A DNA stretch of 64,000 nt, from the NCBI RefSeq assembly GCF_963921235.1, contig NC_086097.1, positions 245,584,001-245,648,000 of the forward strand, written 5' to 3'. The notes beneath the pieces are model-generated. The model worked only from the letters and a program-made list of their open reading frames with translations. It ran no database searches and had not been told where the DNA came from. This document shows, piece after piece, positions 1 through 11,991 of this stretch (within the stretch, counting starts at the first letter, position 1; the number at the start of each line of letters is the position of its first letter). The translations under genes and the position numbers were made by a program. Source of the stretch: Mobula hypostoma. Taxonomy: Eukaryota.

Positions 1-439
1 TGGATTGTCCTATCTGTAATAATTGATCGGTCGTTAATATAATTTGTGGTATTCTGACTCTAAAACTGGATCAGGCTTGTATTCTTGTCAGTCTTTGTTT
101 GTGTCTAGTTTGTCATTGATTCTATTGTATTTCTTTGTTCTACTGTGAATGCCTGCATGAAAATGAAGCTTAGGGTAGTATATGTACTTTGATACTAGAT
201 TGACTTTGATCTTTGACCTATTGATTTTTTGCAAGTTCTTGCAGCTGCTGTAATTTAGCCTTGTGGATACTATCTGTGCAGCTCATTCTTAGAGGAGAGG
301 ATTGCTATTTAATGATTAGAAGCTGTAATGAGGAGAGATAGTGGGGAGTGCTCTGTGAGGATCAGAAAGACCTGGACAGTCTGTTAAAGGACAGTGCCAG
401 GTTGTTCTTTGTGCAAGATGTAAAGGTTAGCTTTAAGAT

Positions 440-1290
440 TCATGTTTCATGAATCAGGTTTGTTTATCATCTTTGTTATTGAAACATGCACTGAAATTTG
501 TTGTTTGCGTTAACGACCTACACACTGGAGGGTGTGCTAGGTGCTGTTTGCAAGTGTCGCCGTACGTTCCGACGCCAGCTTAGCCTACCCACAATGCTCA
601 GGAGAACCAACACAAATCACAAAAAAGCAACAAGACGACCAGCAAAAGAAGCCCATTTCCTCTCTCCCACCCACCCACATGCACAGTCCTCTAACCCTAG
701 GACAGACCATCTTCCTTGGCTTCAGCCTCCAGTGAACTCAGACCCAGACTTGGACTCTGGCCTGCAGACATTGGCCTTTGACTTCCCCAGCAGACTTGCA
801 GAGATTTGCAGACTCTGCTCCAGCCAACGGGCCTCCGCTTCTGGACTTCCGGATTGATCCTCGGTATCGATCTCAGGACATCAACTTCCGAGCACTAGGC
901 CTCGAACTCCGGACTTGCCAATGAAGGAATCCCAAACACGAGTCCTCGATTCGCAGGCCCGGAGGTCTTTCTGATTCGCAAGCCCGTTCCTCCTGCCTAC
1001 ACGGAACTCCAACTCTGGAGCCCACCGGCAACTCGCTGACCTGGGGGCCCTTGTCCACTCCCTGGCAGACTGACATCTGACCATGGATGTCCCACGCCCA
1101 CGTCACTGGCCATCGAATGTGGAGCAGAGACTTAGTCTCCGGCCTGGCCTCTAATTCCCCCAGGATCCCTGTCTCTGAGCCCTACTAACTCCCCTCTCTG
1201 ACACCAAAACCATCCGTATGAACCTAAAAAAAATTTAAAAACAACTAAATCTGAGCTGCGATCCAACAAACTCGACATTGAGACATCGAA
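440..1290 (-). mobile_element. Non-autonomous SINE-like retroelement with degenerate internal subrepeats (related copy ~19880-20310)
   Basis: Tail-like gaatcaggtttgtttatc followed by gaaatttgttgtttgcgttaacgac...aagtgtcgcc, which recurs at 19890-20000 and 50640-50760. Body has recurring gactc/ggcct/gacttcc units. Confidence 0.4.
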
Positions 1291-1339
1291 ATGTTCAGGC
1301 TTCCGATGCCTCCAAAGCATGGCCACAACTCACCGACCT

Positions 1340-1495
1340 GAATGTGAGAGGAGATCGGAGCACCCAGAGGAAACCCACGTGGTCATGGGGAGAACATACA
1401 AATGCCTTACAGACAGTGGCAGGAATTGAACCCTGATCTGCCGTTTGCTGGCACTGTGAAGCATTACGCTGACCGCTACGCCACTGTGCTACCCG
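1340..1495 (-). mobile_element. tRNA-derived V-SINE (HE1-like) fragment
   Basis: Minus strand has a GGTAGCACAGTGGCGTAGCGG A-box-like head, GGGTTCAATTCC B-box and V-domain gtgggtttcctctgggtgctccg. Confidence 0.7.
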
Positions 1496-2577
1496 TCTGT
1501 GTGCGGCCTTTTAACCCATCACAAGTCGCACCTGCCTGTCGAGCCACTTCAACGTACCTTACAATGTTAAAAAACAAAGGATTCCTACAAGTAAACTTGA
1601 TAAACACAGTGGGAGTAGTACAATTATTCACGTAATGGGAATGCGAATGAAATTGGATGACACGTGTTAGCAGGCAGCGGTACTCAGAGACCTGCTCCTG
1701 GTTTCTAGGATACAGAGCTAGGAATTGTCTTTGAGCAGATGCTGGAAGAGTTCTCCCGGTGCACTCTGCAATGAGATGTAACAGACCAAGAAATGAAGGG
1801 AGACATAAAAGAATCAAAGAACGAGGAGGTCAGAGCCATCACAGGTTTAGCGCTGTGCTTCAAAGATGTCTGATGTAGCCTGGGACAGCTGGCATTGAGA
1901 GACAATCAGAGGAGAGGCATCCGCTAACACTGAGATAAGAGATTGCCGCAGAATCCTGCTATCTAGTCCCAGCTCTCTTTGATGTTGCTCAGTGAGGAAG
2001 GCTTTTGGGGACAGACTGTTGTATCCTTAATCATAGCTGGCTGTTGTTCAGCCTTTTAAGGTCTCATTACACTGCTCCTTGAGGATTAATCCTCTTTAAG
2101 GTTTACATGCCATAGTTTTGTCTTGGGGGCCCTGCCAGGGACCTTGGTACCAACTGCACGAAGCACAGACATATTTTTCACGTTTTTCTGCAAAGTCACT
2201 TTTTTAATGGAATCTGTCAGATAACTAAAGCTTTTCTCTTTGTGACTTCTGCAGTACTATTGGCTGATGCACTTCCATCGCTGAATTGCAGGCTTTGGAC
2301 TATTAGTACTAAATTACATTTATCCGGTCATCATGCTTATCCAGCCTCTTTTGCTCATAACTCTTGGCTGGATTGAAAGGAAGCGGCTCACATCTATGTA
2401 GTTGTAAACTCAAGGCCTTTGTGTGCTCACCGCATAGGCCGTAGAACACGGAACAGTACAGTATAGGAACAGACCTTTCTGTTCTGCCCACAATGTCATG
2501 CCTAACCAATTAAATTAGAAATCAAATAGCCAACTAAACTAATCCCTTCTGGCTACACAATGGCCAGAAGTGCACAA

Positions 2578-2845
2578 TTTTCATCACAAAAATGGGAGAT
2601 TCTGCAGATACTGGAAATCCAAAGCAACACACACAAAGTGCTGGCGGAACTCAGCAGGTTGGGCAGCGTCTGTAGAGAGAGATAAAGAGCCGACGTTTCG
2701 GGCTGAGACCCTTCATCTGGACGGGAAAGCAAGTGGGAAGAAACCAAAATAAGAAGGTGGGGAGGGGAGGGAGGGGTATAAGCTGGCAGGTGATGGGTGA
2801 GGGAGGGAGAATGAGGTGAGAAACGAGGAGGTGATCAGCTGAAAT
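2578..2845 (-). mobile_element. Penelope-like pLTR-derived repeat with degenerate hammerhead motif
   Basis: Family signature ctgcagatactggaaatccaaagcaacacacacaaagtgctggcggaactcagcagg. Minus strand near 2690-2722 reads gtc-CAGATGA-A-GGGTCTCAGCCC-GAAAC-GTC. Confidence 0.7.
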
Positions 2846-3914
2846 GACCTTTGGTTTGATGGTTTACTGAACCACTGCAACCAGCTGTGCTTAGATTTTG
2901 TTCATGTTGTAAGTTACTTTTGCACAGCGGTTGTATATTTTATTTATTTAGAGATGCTGTGCAGAATCGAGCCATGCCATCCCAGCAGCCCACAGTGACC
3001 CCGAGTTAACCCTAGCCTAATCACAGGAATCAGAATCAGGTTTAATATCACCAGCAATGCTGTGAAATTTTGTTGTCTTTCCGGCAGCAGTACAATGCAA
3101 TAAACAGTCATAGGCATGGTCATACTTTATTAATCCTGGGGGAAAATAATAATAGAGAAGGAAAACTGTTAAAATACTTAAATTAAATAAGTAGTGCAAA
3201 ATTAGAAATAAAGAAGCAGTGAGGTTGTGTTCATGGGTTCAACGTCTATTCAGAAATGGGACGGCAGAGGGGAAGAAGCTGTTCCCGAATCGTTGAGTGT
3301 GTGCCTCATGTACCTCCTTCCTGATGGTGGAAATGAGAACAATGATGGACCTCACCTTTTTGAGGCATCACTGCTCGAAGACAATTTACAATGATCAATG
3401 AAGCTATCGGGTACGTGTTTGGACTGTGGGAGGATAACTGGAGCACCTGGGAAAACATATGCCTTCCACAGGGAGGACGTACAGAGGATCTGAGATTGAA
3501 CTCTGAACTCTAACGCCCCAAGCTGGAATAGCGTTGCACTAAGCACTATGCTACCATAGCACTCCTGTTTGTCAGTCTTTGTCTGTTCATGTATAATTTT
3601 TTGTAAATTCTATTGCATTTGATTTTTCCCCTGTAAATGCCTGCAGGAAAATGCATCTTAAGGTAGTACAAGCTAACATATACGTACTTTGATAATACAG
3701 TAGATTTATTTTGGATTTACTTTCATTTTGATTTTATATTTTCATTTCTTAGTTTTTAAATTAAATTTCCATTAGTTAGTCTAGTGACTAGCAGACCTTG
3801 TCCAGCAGAGTCTTCTCCAGTCTTCTATTGAAATTGCAGGATAGTCATTAGTGGGGTATATAGTGATACCAGGAGGGTATCATGATATTAGCTGCCTGCA
3901 CTAGTTGGCAATTT

Positions 3915-4625
3915 CAAGTTCAAGTTTATTGTCATCTGACTGTACATACATACAACCAAATGAAACAACATTCCCCCAGACCACGGTGCGCCCACAAATC
4001 ATATATCGCACAATATAACACGGAATGTTACCACAAATAAGTTAACAAAATATAATTCGAAATGCAAATAGTGCACAGCACAGGTAAACAATAAACAACT
4101 AGTACAGTAAACAGCTTGCTGTCTTATTGACAAGACCTTGGTGGTAGCAGGGTATTCATTAGTTGCACATCCTGAAGGAAGAAACTGTTACCCAGTCTGG
4201 CAGTCCTAGTCTTATTGCTCCTGTACCTCCCTCCTGGTAGTAGTAGGTCAAAGAGATTGTGGGATGGGTGCGAGGGATCTTCAGCAATGTTTCAGGCTAT
4301 ACTGTACGTATACTATGCTCCCGGTAAATGGTAAATGTCCTGGTGATCCTCTTGGCAGGAACGTATTACTGTCTTTGGTCGAGTCTTGCTGTCAGATGCC
4401 TGGTAGCTTCCATATCACACAATGATGCAGTCAAACAGGATTCTCCGGATGGTGCTCCTGTAGAAAGCAGTTTGAATAGAGGTGGAGAGCCTCGCATGCC
4501 CCAACCTTGTCAGGAAGCGTAGATGCTGCTGTGCTTTCTTGACTAATGAGAAGGTGTAGTGTGTCCAGGTCAGATCATCTGTTCAGTGCACACCAAGGAG
4601 CTTTGTGCTCTTTACTCCCTCCAGG
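3915..4625 (-). mobile_element. Rex1/Babar-type LINE 3' fragment (degenerate)
   Basis: (TTCAAG)n tail with tttattgtcat, gaagaaactgtt and ctgtacctccctcctggtag, homologous to the better-preserved copies at 40740-41412 and 46250-47110. Confidence 0.55.
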
Positions 4626-4830
4626 AAAGTGAAGAGCACAGAATGCTCTTTTAGTGGAAAACTCTTCACAAAACATGTGCACAACCAACCTATGTATATA
4701 AGCCATCTTATGTTAGTCATATTTATTTGCTTTTTTATGATTGTGTTCTTTAACTTATTGTATTTTTTTGTGATGCATCAGACCCGGATGTTCTGCTTTA
4801 CACTTGTGTATTGGAACTGACATTAGACAA

Positions 4831-5489
4831 TATTATTATTATTATGATTATGATTATGAGGACACGCAGTCCCCTTTTATTGTCATTTAGTAATGCACGC
4901 ATTAAGAAATGATAAAATGTTTTTCCAGAATGATATCATGAAAACACATGACAAACCGACTTAAAAACTAACAAAAACCACATAATTATAACATATAGTT
5001 ACAACGGTGCAAAGCAATACTGTAATTTGATAAGAACAGACCATGGCACAGTAAAAATTTCAAAGTCTCTTGAAAGTTCCATCATCTCATGCAGACGGTG
5101 AGCCTCCAGCGCCGCCAACTTGCCGATGCAGCATCCTGGAAGCATCCGACCACAGTCCGACTCTGAGTCCGTCCGAAAAACTCCGAGCCTCCGACCACCT
5201 CTTCGACACCGAGCACCGAGCACCATCTCTGCCGAGCGCTTCAACCCCGGCCCTGGCAACAGGCGATATGCAAAGCCGAGGATTTGGGGCCTTCGTCTCC
5301 GGAGATTCTCGATCGCACAGTAGCAGCGGCAGCGAAGCGGGCATTTCAGAAGTTTCTCCAGATGTTCCTCCGTGCTTCCCACGGCTGTCTCCATCAAATC
5401 CGGATTGTGCACGGCCCCCTAGTTAACACATATCGATATTCATTCGGAACGGCCGTGCGCGCTGCGTCGCGCCGCCATCTTCTCCTCCC
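4831..5489 (-). mobile_element. Young CpG-rich non-autonomous non-LTR element (~640 bp), copy 1
   Basis: Highly similar to 18235-18867 along its whole length. Minus strand starts GGAGAAGATGGCGGCGCGACG and ends in a (ATAATC)n/(ATA)n tail. Confidence 0.75.
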
Positions 5490-5660
5490 TCTGAGTATTG
5501 TATTTTCTTTCCAATATGAAGTACAATTCAACAGAGAAAGAATAATATTTTAAAGGTGGCTTCATGGTATGTTGAGAGCATTCTATCCAGTCTCAAAAGC
5601 AAATCCATTTCAGTGTCATCAAGGTCTTCTGCTTGTACCATGAACTGGCAGTTTTAAATG

Positions 5661-5956
5661 AGGCACCACGGTAGCGTATCAGTTAATGTGACGCTATTAC
5701 CGCTCGGGATGTTGGAGTTCAGAGTTCACTTCCAATGCTGTCTGTAAGAAGTTTGTAATCCTCCCCATGATCACATGGGTTTCCTCTGGGTGCTCCGGTT
5801 TCATCTCACACTCCAAAGACGCCCCGGTTAGTAGGTTAATCAGTCATTATAACTTGTCCGGTGATTAGGCTGTGATTAAATAGGTGGGTCGCTGGGCAGC
5901 GCGGCTCGTCGGACTGGAGGGGCCTGTTCTGCACTGTATCTGTAAATAAATAAATT
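5661..5956 (+). mobile_element. HE1-like V-SINE, near full length
   Basis: tRNA-like head, V-domain tgggtttcctctgggtgctccggttt, CR1-like tail ggaggggcctgttctgcactgtatc and a (TAAA)n end. Confidence 0.75.
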
Positions 5957-6189
5957 AGCATAAGAAGAACATAAGAACTAGGAGCAGGAGTCGGCCAACT
6001 GTCCTGTCGCTCCTGCTCCGCCATTCAATGAGTGCGGCTGATCAGACCACGGACTCAGCTGTACCGACCCGCCTTTTCCCCATCTCCTGCCTGCAGAGTG
6101 AGGGATCATGGAGTGGGTCAGAGTCAGTTCCCTGAGGTGTTTACACGCCAGGTTTGAAAAATGACCAGGGCTTGTCGGGACTTGTCAGC

Positions 6190-8165
6190 CGGAGTTTGCA
6201 TGGATTATTAATAATTTAGCAAGAGCCAGTAAGAAGAAGGGAGGTTTAAGCAGAGTGGCTATTCTGAGAGAGGCCATTGTTGGAGTGGGCCTGTATTAGA
6301 GTGATCAGGCTTTAGCTCAACTGGCTTCAGCCAGTGTTAGAATGGTCATGTTTTGGCTCAACAGACTTGGCCCAATGTCAGGGTAGTCAGCCTTAACTCA
6401 ACAGGTTTCGGCGAGAACAGGCAGAGGCTAAGGGCGCTGAGTCAATTGGAATTATTTAGTTGATTGTAGAATTTAATATTAAGAAGTTTGAGCCAAAGGT
6501 ATAACAATGTAAACAGAATACTAGCTAAGGCAGTGGAATGCTTCTGTAAATTGTGGGATTGCAGGGTACCTGATGGTCTCTCTGATGACTACATCTGCAG
6601 GAAGTGTGTCCAACTTTAGCTCCTGACTGATAAGGTCAAGGAAGTGGAGCTGGAGCTTCATGTACTCAGGACCATGCAGGAGGCTGAAAACCTCAGAGAT
6701 AAGACTTTTACTGATGGTGATCGCACCCAGAGTGGCAGGCTTCAGGTAGCGGACGGGTGACCACCAGGAGAAGTGATGGGAGTAACCAGTCAGTGTAGGG
6801 TTCCCCTGTGACCATTCCCCTCGGCAACAAGTATATCCCTTCAGATACTGATATGGTGGGGAGTGACCTATCAGGGAGCCAGGCCGCTGGTACTGTGGCT
6901 GGCTCTGACACTTGGCAGGGAAGGGTAAAGAGAGGCAGAGTGGCAGTGATTGGAGACTCAGTAGGGGATGGACAGCAGATTTTGTGGCCATGAAAGAGAC
7001 ACCAGGATGGTGAGTTGCCCAGGTGCTAGGTTCCAGGACGTCTCAAGAGTGGCTGCAGAATACCCTCTGATGAGCAGCCACAGGTTGTGATGCACATTGG
7101 CACCAATCACATAGGTAGAAAGGGGGATGAAGTCCTATGCTCTGAGTATAGGAAGAAGCTGAAGAGCAGGATCTCCAAGACAGTAATCTCTGGATTACTC
7201 CCAGTGCCATTTGCAAGTCAAGGCAGGAATAGGATGATAGAACAGATAAATGTGTGGCTAAGGAAGTGGTGCAGAGGGAAGGGTTTGAGATTTTTGGATC
7301 ATTGGGATCTCTCTGGGGTAGGAATGCCCTATACAAAAAGGACAGGTTACACTTGAATTGAGGAGTACCAATATCCTTGTGGGCATGTTTGATAGAGCTG
7401 CTGTCAGGACGAGGAGTTAGAAAAGACATGTAAAAAGGGCAATGTTACTATAGTCATGGGGGATTTCAATATGCAAGTCAAATGGGAAAATTAGCTTGGC
7501 ACTGGATCCCAAGAGAGGAAATCTGTAGAATGCCTATAAGATGGCTTTTTAGAGCCGCTTGTGACTGAGCCCGCGAGGGGAGTGGCAATTCTGGATTGGG
7601 TGTTGTGTAATGAACCACACTTGATTAGAGAGCTTAAGGTAAAGGAGCCCTTAGAAGACAGTGATCGTAATGATGGAATTCACCCTGCAGCTTGAGAAGG
7701 AGAAGATAAAATCCGATGTATCAGGATTACAATGGAGTAAAGGGAATTACAGAGCATGAGAGAGGAGCTGGCCATATTTGATTGGAAGAGGACACGAGTG
7801 GGAATCATGGCTGGACAGCAGTGACTGGAGTTTCTGAGGGAACATGATAAAATTAGTTCATGTCAGCATGTTTTCTCAAGGAGAAATCTTACCTGACATA
7901 TATGTTAGAATACTATGAGGGTCTTTTGAGAGACTCCTGGACGGGTATATTGAGCTTGGAAGGGTGGAAGGTTATGGGTAACCTTAGGTGATTTCTTGAG
8001 TGGGGACATTTTTGGCACAGCTTTGTGGGCCAAAGGGCCTGTATTGTGCTGTTGGTTTTCTAAGTTTCTATGAAATAACAAGCAGGATAGACAAAGGAGA
8101 GTCAGTGGATGTTGTTCACTTGGATTTTCAGAAGGCCTTTGACTAGGTGCTACACATGAGGCTAC
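6190..8165 (+). mobile_element. Degenerate CR1 LINE 5' part: ORF1 (zinc finger, coiled coil, SGNH esterase) and ORF2 APE endonuclease fragment
   Basis: From ~6530: AVECFCKLWDC...DDYICRKCVQL*LLTDKVKEVELEL. Esterase motifs VIGDS (6808-6993 ORF) and HIGTN...VISGLLPVP...WLRKWC...FLDHW (7087-7356 ORF). From ~7450: APE motifs VMGDFN...AILDWVLCN...SD. Multiple stops and frameshifts. Confidence 0.85.
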
Positions 8166-8249
8166 TACCAGTAGAGTCTTTGAAAGTGAGTCCTAAAGTT
8201 GTGGAATCACTCTTAACCTACTCTCAGATCCCTTGCATCACTTCTCAAT

Positions 8250-9005
8250 AGGATGCAAAGGACCCAGTGGCACTCTTTGGAAAAGAGCAAGTCATTACTC
8301 CCAGCTATGTTTGTACCTGGGGCTGAAAGACAAGCCGACACAATGGCTGAGATGAGAACTGTACATAAACACAAAATAATCTGCGGATGCTGGGGTCAAA
8401 GCAACACTCACAACACGCTGGAGGAACTCAGCAGGTCGGGCAGCATCCGTGGAAACGACCAGTCAACGTTTTGGGCCGGAACCCTTCGTCAGGAGTCCTG
8501 ATCGATCTGACGAAGGGTTCCGGCCCAAAACGTTGACTGATCATTTCCACGGATGCTGCCCGACCTGCTGAGTTCCTCCAGCGTGTTGTGAGTGTTGCTG
8601 AGAACTGTACATTATAGTTATATAGTTACAGAGCAGGGAACAGGCCCTTCGGCCAATCTGGCCCATGCTAAACAGCATCCTGTTAGTCCTGGTTGCCTGA
8701 GTTCAGCCCATCATCCTCCAAACCTTTCCCCTCCATGTACCAATCCAACCGCCTCTTTAAACAATGCAATTGTATCCTATTCGACCACTTCCTCTGACAT
8801 TCCCTGGGTGACAATTATCTCCCAATCAGCGTCAACAAAAGCTCTTGATCTGACCATTGATCTTTGTGGGTCCTTGCTGTGTACATGATGACTGAAGTAC
8901 TTCCCATCTCACAATAGTGGCTGCACTTTCAGAACTACTCGATTGATTGTAAAGCACCTGGGAACATCCTGAGAGAGTGAATAGAGCTAAATATGTACAG
9001 GTGCT
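8250..9005 (+). mobile_element. Ancient DeuSINE (SacSINE1/AmnSINE1-like) relic interrupted by younger insertions
   Basis: ggacccagtggcactctttggaaaagagca (~8260) and tttgtgggtccttgctgtg...cactttcagaactactcgattgattgtaaagcacctgggaacatcctgaga (8860-8975) resemble the Deu domain and tail as I recall them. Confidence 0.5.
8367..8598. mobile_element. Penelope-like pLTR insertion, tail-to-tail palindrome
   Basis: 92-bp inverted arms 8401-8492 and 8507-8598 with 2 mismatches. 14-bp TSD TGAGAACTGTACAT at 8353-8366 and 8599-8612. Confidence 0.85.
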
Positions 9006-9443
9006 TTTTTCTTCAACGCCAGCACGCTGTAAAGAATATGGTTTTTAAGCATTGCAGCATAGCTGTAAAGTTACTGACATAAGATGCAACTTTAGACAAA
9101 TCACATGAATTATCAGTTTGTCTTCTTTTGCATATTGGTGTCTGTCAGTCTTTGTTTAGAACATAGAACATTACAGCACAATTCAGGCCCTTCAGCCCAC
9201 AATGTTATGCCGACCTTTTAACCTACTCTAAAATCAAGCTAACCCTTCCGTCCCACAAAGCCTTCCATTCTTCTCTCATCCATGTGCCTATTAAGTGTCT
9301 CTTAAATAGGCATCATTTAACATCTGTTAAATGGTCTTTATTGTTCTCCTTGTTCTGCTGATAATTATTGTGTAAATCTCATCTCTAAACACTGGCCTGT
9401 CCCTCATCTCTGGCCCCAATTTTTCAGTCAGGCCTGGCACTTA

Positions 9444-9958
9444 AGCCTGATTTATACCTCCGCGTCATCTTGACGCCGTAAGTACTGCGATGCTGCAAAC
9501 CCTACGCAGAGCCGACGCGGATCCCTGCGCCAGACCCTGACACACACCTCTCCCAAAATATAACTACGCGTTGCAGCAACGCAGACCGCAACAACTGTGA
9601 TTGGTCCGCTTAGTAGCATCGCACTTCCTCCCACGCTGCAATAGCTTCCCATTGGGCGACTGAAGGGCAGGGAAGGAACTCTGGCTGCAATGCTTTCCGT
9701 AAAGCTTTACAGACCTCTGAAGTTATGGAGGACAAATTTCGCTTTTACGAAAAAAGACGCTCGCTTTCAACTTGTTTACCCCGAGAGAGACTACCATGAC
9801 CATGAAGCCTTGCGTGGGCAGGTGTGTGCGCATGCACGACGTGCCCGAATTGCAGAGCGACACAGACACACCAACGCAGAAGTATAAATGCTCACAACCC
9901 GCGTTGGTCACTTTCGTAGGTTATGAGGTCGAGTTGACGCAGAAATATAAATCAGGCT
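9444..9958. mobile_element. PIF/Harbinger-type MITE
   Basis: 24-bp TIRs AGCCTGATTTATACCTCCGCGTCA (9444-9467) and 9935-9958, matching 21/24. TTA TSD at 9441-9443 and 9959-9961. Confidence 0.8.
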
Positions 9959-10379
9959 TTAAATTGGCCATAGATCAGCTTGTTCCTCGCGCTCAGGCGT
10001 GGGCCGCACTGCTTTGATTTGGCCTGCACCCGCTGCGCCCCCACAGTGCACCTTTGAGACTCCAGTTCATCAAATCCCCTAGAACACCACAAAAACTCCA
10101 GGTCAAAAGCACGTCCGAAACGGAAGTTACAGGTTATTGCTTGCAGAGATCCTTGTCCAGGAAATGTGTTTAATAGAGTAGTTGTAGATTTTAACCCGAA
10201 GTAAATAAATAAGTCTGTGTACGTGAGTTGTAAAGTCCTTGAAAGTGAGTATATAGGCTGTGGAATCAGCTTAGAGTTGAGGTGAGTGAAGTTATCCACG
10301 CTGGTTCAGGAGCCTCATGGTAGAAGGATAATAACTGTCCCTGGACCTGGTGGTATGAGACCTGTTGATGGAATTTTAT

Positions 10380-10652
10380 TTATTTATTTTTATTTGGGAA
10401 ATCCGGCTCAAAGAATTGCACCACTCAGTAACCCACAATTTAACCTGAGCCTAACCAGAGGACAATTTACAATGGACAATTAACCTGTTAACTAGTACGC
10501 CTTTGGAATGTGGGTGGAAATCGGTGCTCCCGAGGGAAACCTACATGGTCATAGGAAGCATGTACGAACTTCTTACAGACGACTCTGGAATTGAACTCTG
10601 AACTCTGATGCCCTGAGCTTTAATAGTTTCGCGCTAACTGGTACACTACTGT
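10380..10652 (-). mobile_element. HE1-like V-SINE
   Basis: Same family as 5661-5956 in reverse orientation: (TTTA)n tail and ggacaatttacaatgg...gaaacctacatggtc...gaattgaactctgaactc. Confidence 0.65.
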
Positions 10653-10910
10653 GAACGCCTCAATATTCTTAGAGCATTGAGTAGTAACCACATTTAAATT
10701 CAACATTATTTCGTGAATTATCGCTCAATACCAATTGAGAATTCAGAACTTAAGCAGATCGAAAACATACAAAACCCTCGTCAATGAACTCTCACATTTC
10801 CTGACTGTTGTTCAGAATGCCACGTACTGAAGACAAACATTAGAGCGGAGTAGAGTTAAGGTCAAGTTCAAGTTTAATTGTAATTCAACCATACACATGT
10901 ATACAGCTAA

Positions 10911-11991
10911 ATAAGAAGATAAGAAATAGGAGCAGGAGTAAGCCATCCAGCCCATCGAGCCTGCCCCGCCATTCAATAAGATCATGACTAATCTGTCCGT
11001 AAACTCAGCTCCATCTACCTGCCTTTTCACAATAACCCTTAATTCCCCTACTATGTAAAAACCTATTTAATTGTTTCTTAAATATATTTAGTGAAGAAGC
11101 CTCAACTGCTTCCCTGGGCAGAGAATTCCACAGATTCACCACTCTCTGGGAAAAACAGTTTCTCCTCATCTCCATCCAAAATCTTCTCCCCTGAATCTTG
11201 AGGCAATGTCCCCTAGTTCTAGTCTCACCTACCAATGGAAACAACTTTCCTACTTCTATCTTATCTATCCCGCTCAGAATTTTGTACGTTTCTATAAGAT
11301 CCCCTCTCATTCTTCTGAATTCCAGAGAGTATAGTCCCAGGCGACTCAATCTCTCCTCATAGGTTAACCCTTTCATCCCTGGAATCAACCTGGTGAACCT
11401 CCTCTGCACTGTTTCCAAAACCAGTATATCCTTCCTCAAGTATGGAGACCAGGACTGCATACAGTACTCCAGGTGCGGCCTCACTAGTACCCTGTATAGT
11501 TGCAGCATGACCTCCCTGCTCTTAAATTCAATCCCTCTAGCAATGAAGGCCAACATTTCATTTACCTGTTGTACCTGCAAGCCAACTTCTTGCGATTCAT
11601 GAACAAGCACTCCCAAGTCCCTCTGCACAACAGTATGCTGCAATCTTTCACCATTTAAATAATAATCTGCTCTTCTATTATTCCTTCCAAAGTGGATGAT
11701 CTCGCATTTACCAACTTTGTATTCCATCTGCCAGACCTTGGCCCCCTCACTTAACCTATCTATATCCCTCTGCAGACTCTCCACGTCCTCTGTACAATTT
11801 GCTTTTCCACTCAGTTTAGCGTCATCAGCAAATTTTGCTACGCTACACTCAGTCCACTCTTCCAAATCATCAATGTAAATGGTAAACAGCTGCGGGCCCA
11901 GCACCAGCCCCTGCGGCACCCCACTCACCACTGACTGCCAACCAGAGAAACACCCATTGATACCAACTCTCTGCCTTCTATTGGTTAACCA
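10911..11991 (-). mobile_element. CR1 LINE, 5'-truncated (RT C-terminal half plus 3' UTR)
   Basis: ORF 11005-12042 has SGVPQGLVLGPQLF, KFADDAKL, RPHLEYC, LYSLEFRRMRGDLIETYK and FSQRVVNLWNSLP. CR1 3' UTR with short tandem tail. Confidence 0.95.

Noticed and set aside
4999..5553. Cluster of overlapping 70-137 aa ORFs, repeated at 18419-18935, as a duplicated gene
   Set aside because: The ORFs lie in a GC-rich dispersed repeat, frames differ between copies and there is no recognisable domain.
8401..8598. miRNA precursor or MITE
   Set aside because: The arms are copies of the dispersed PLE repeat, the element is asymmetric and it has a 14-bp TSD, which fits PLE inversion rather than TIRs or a miRNA locus.
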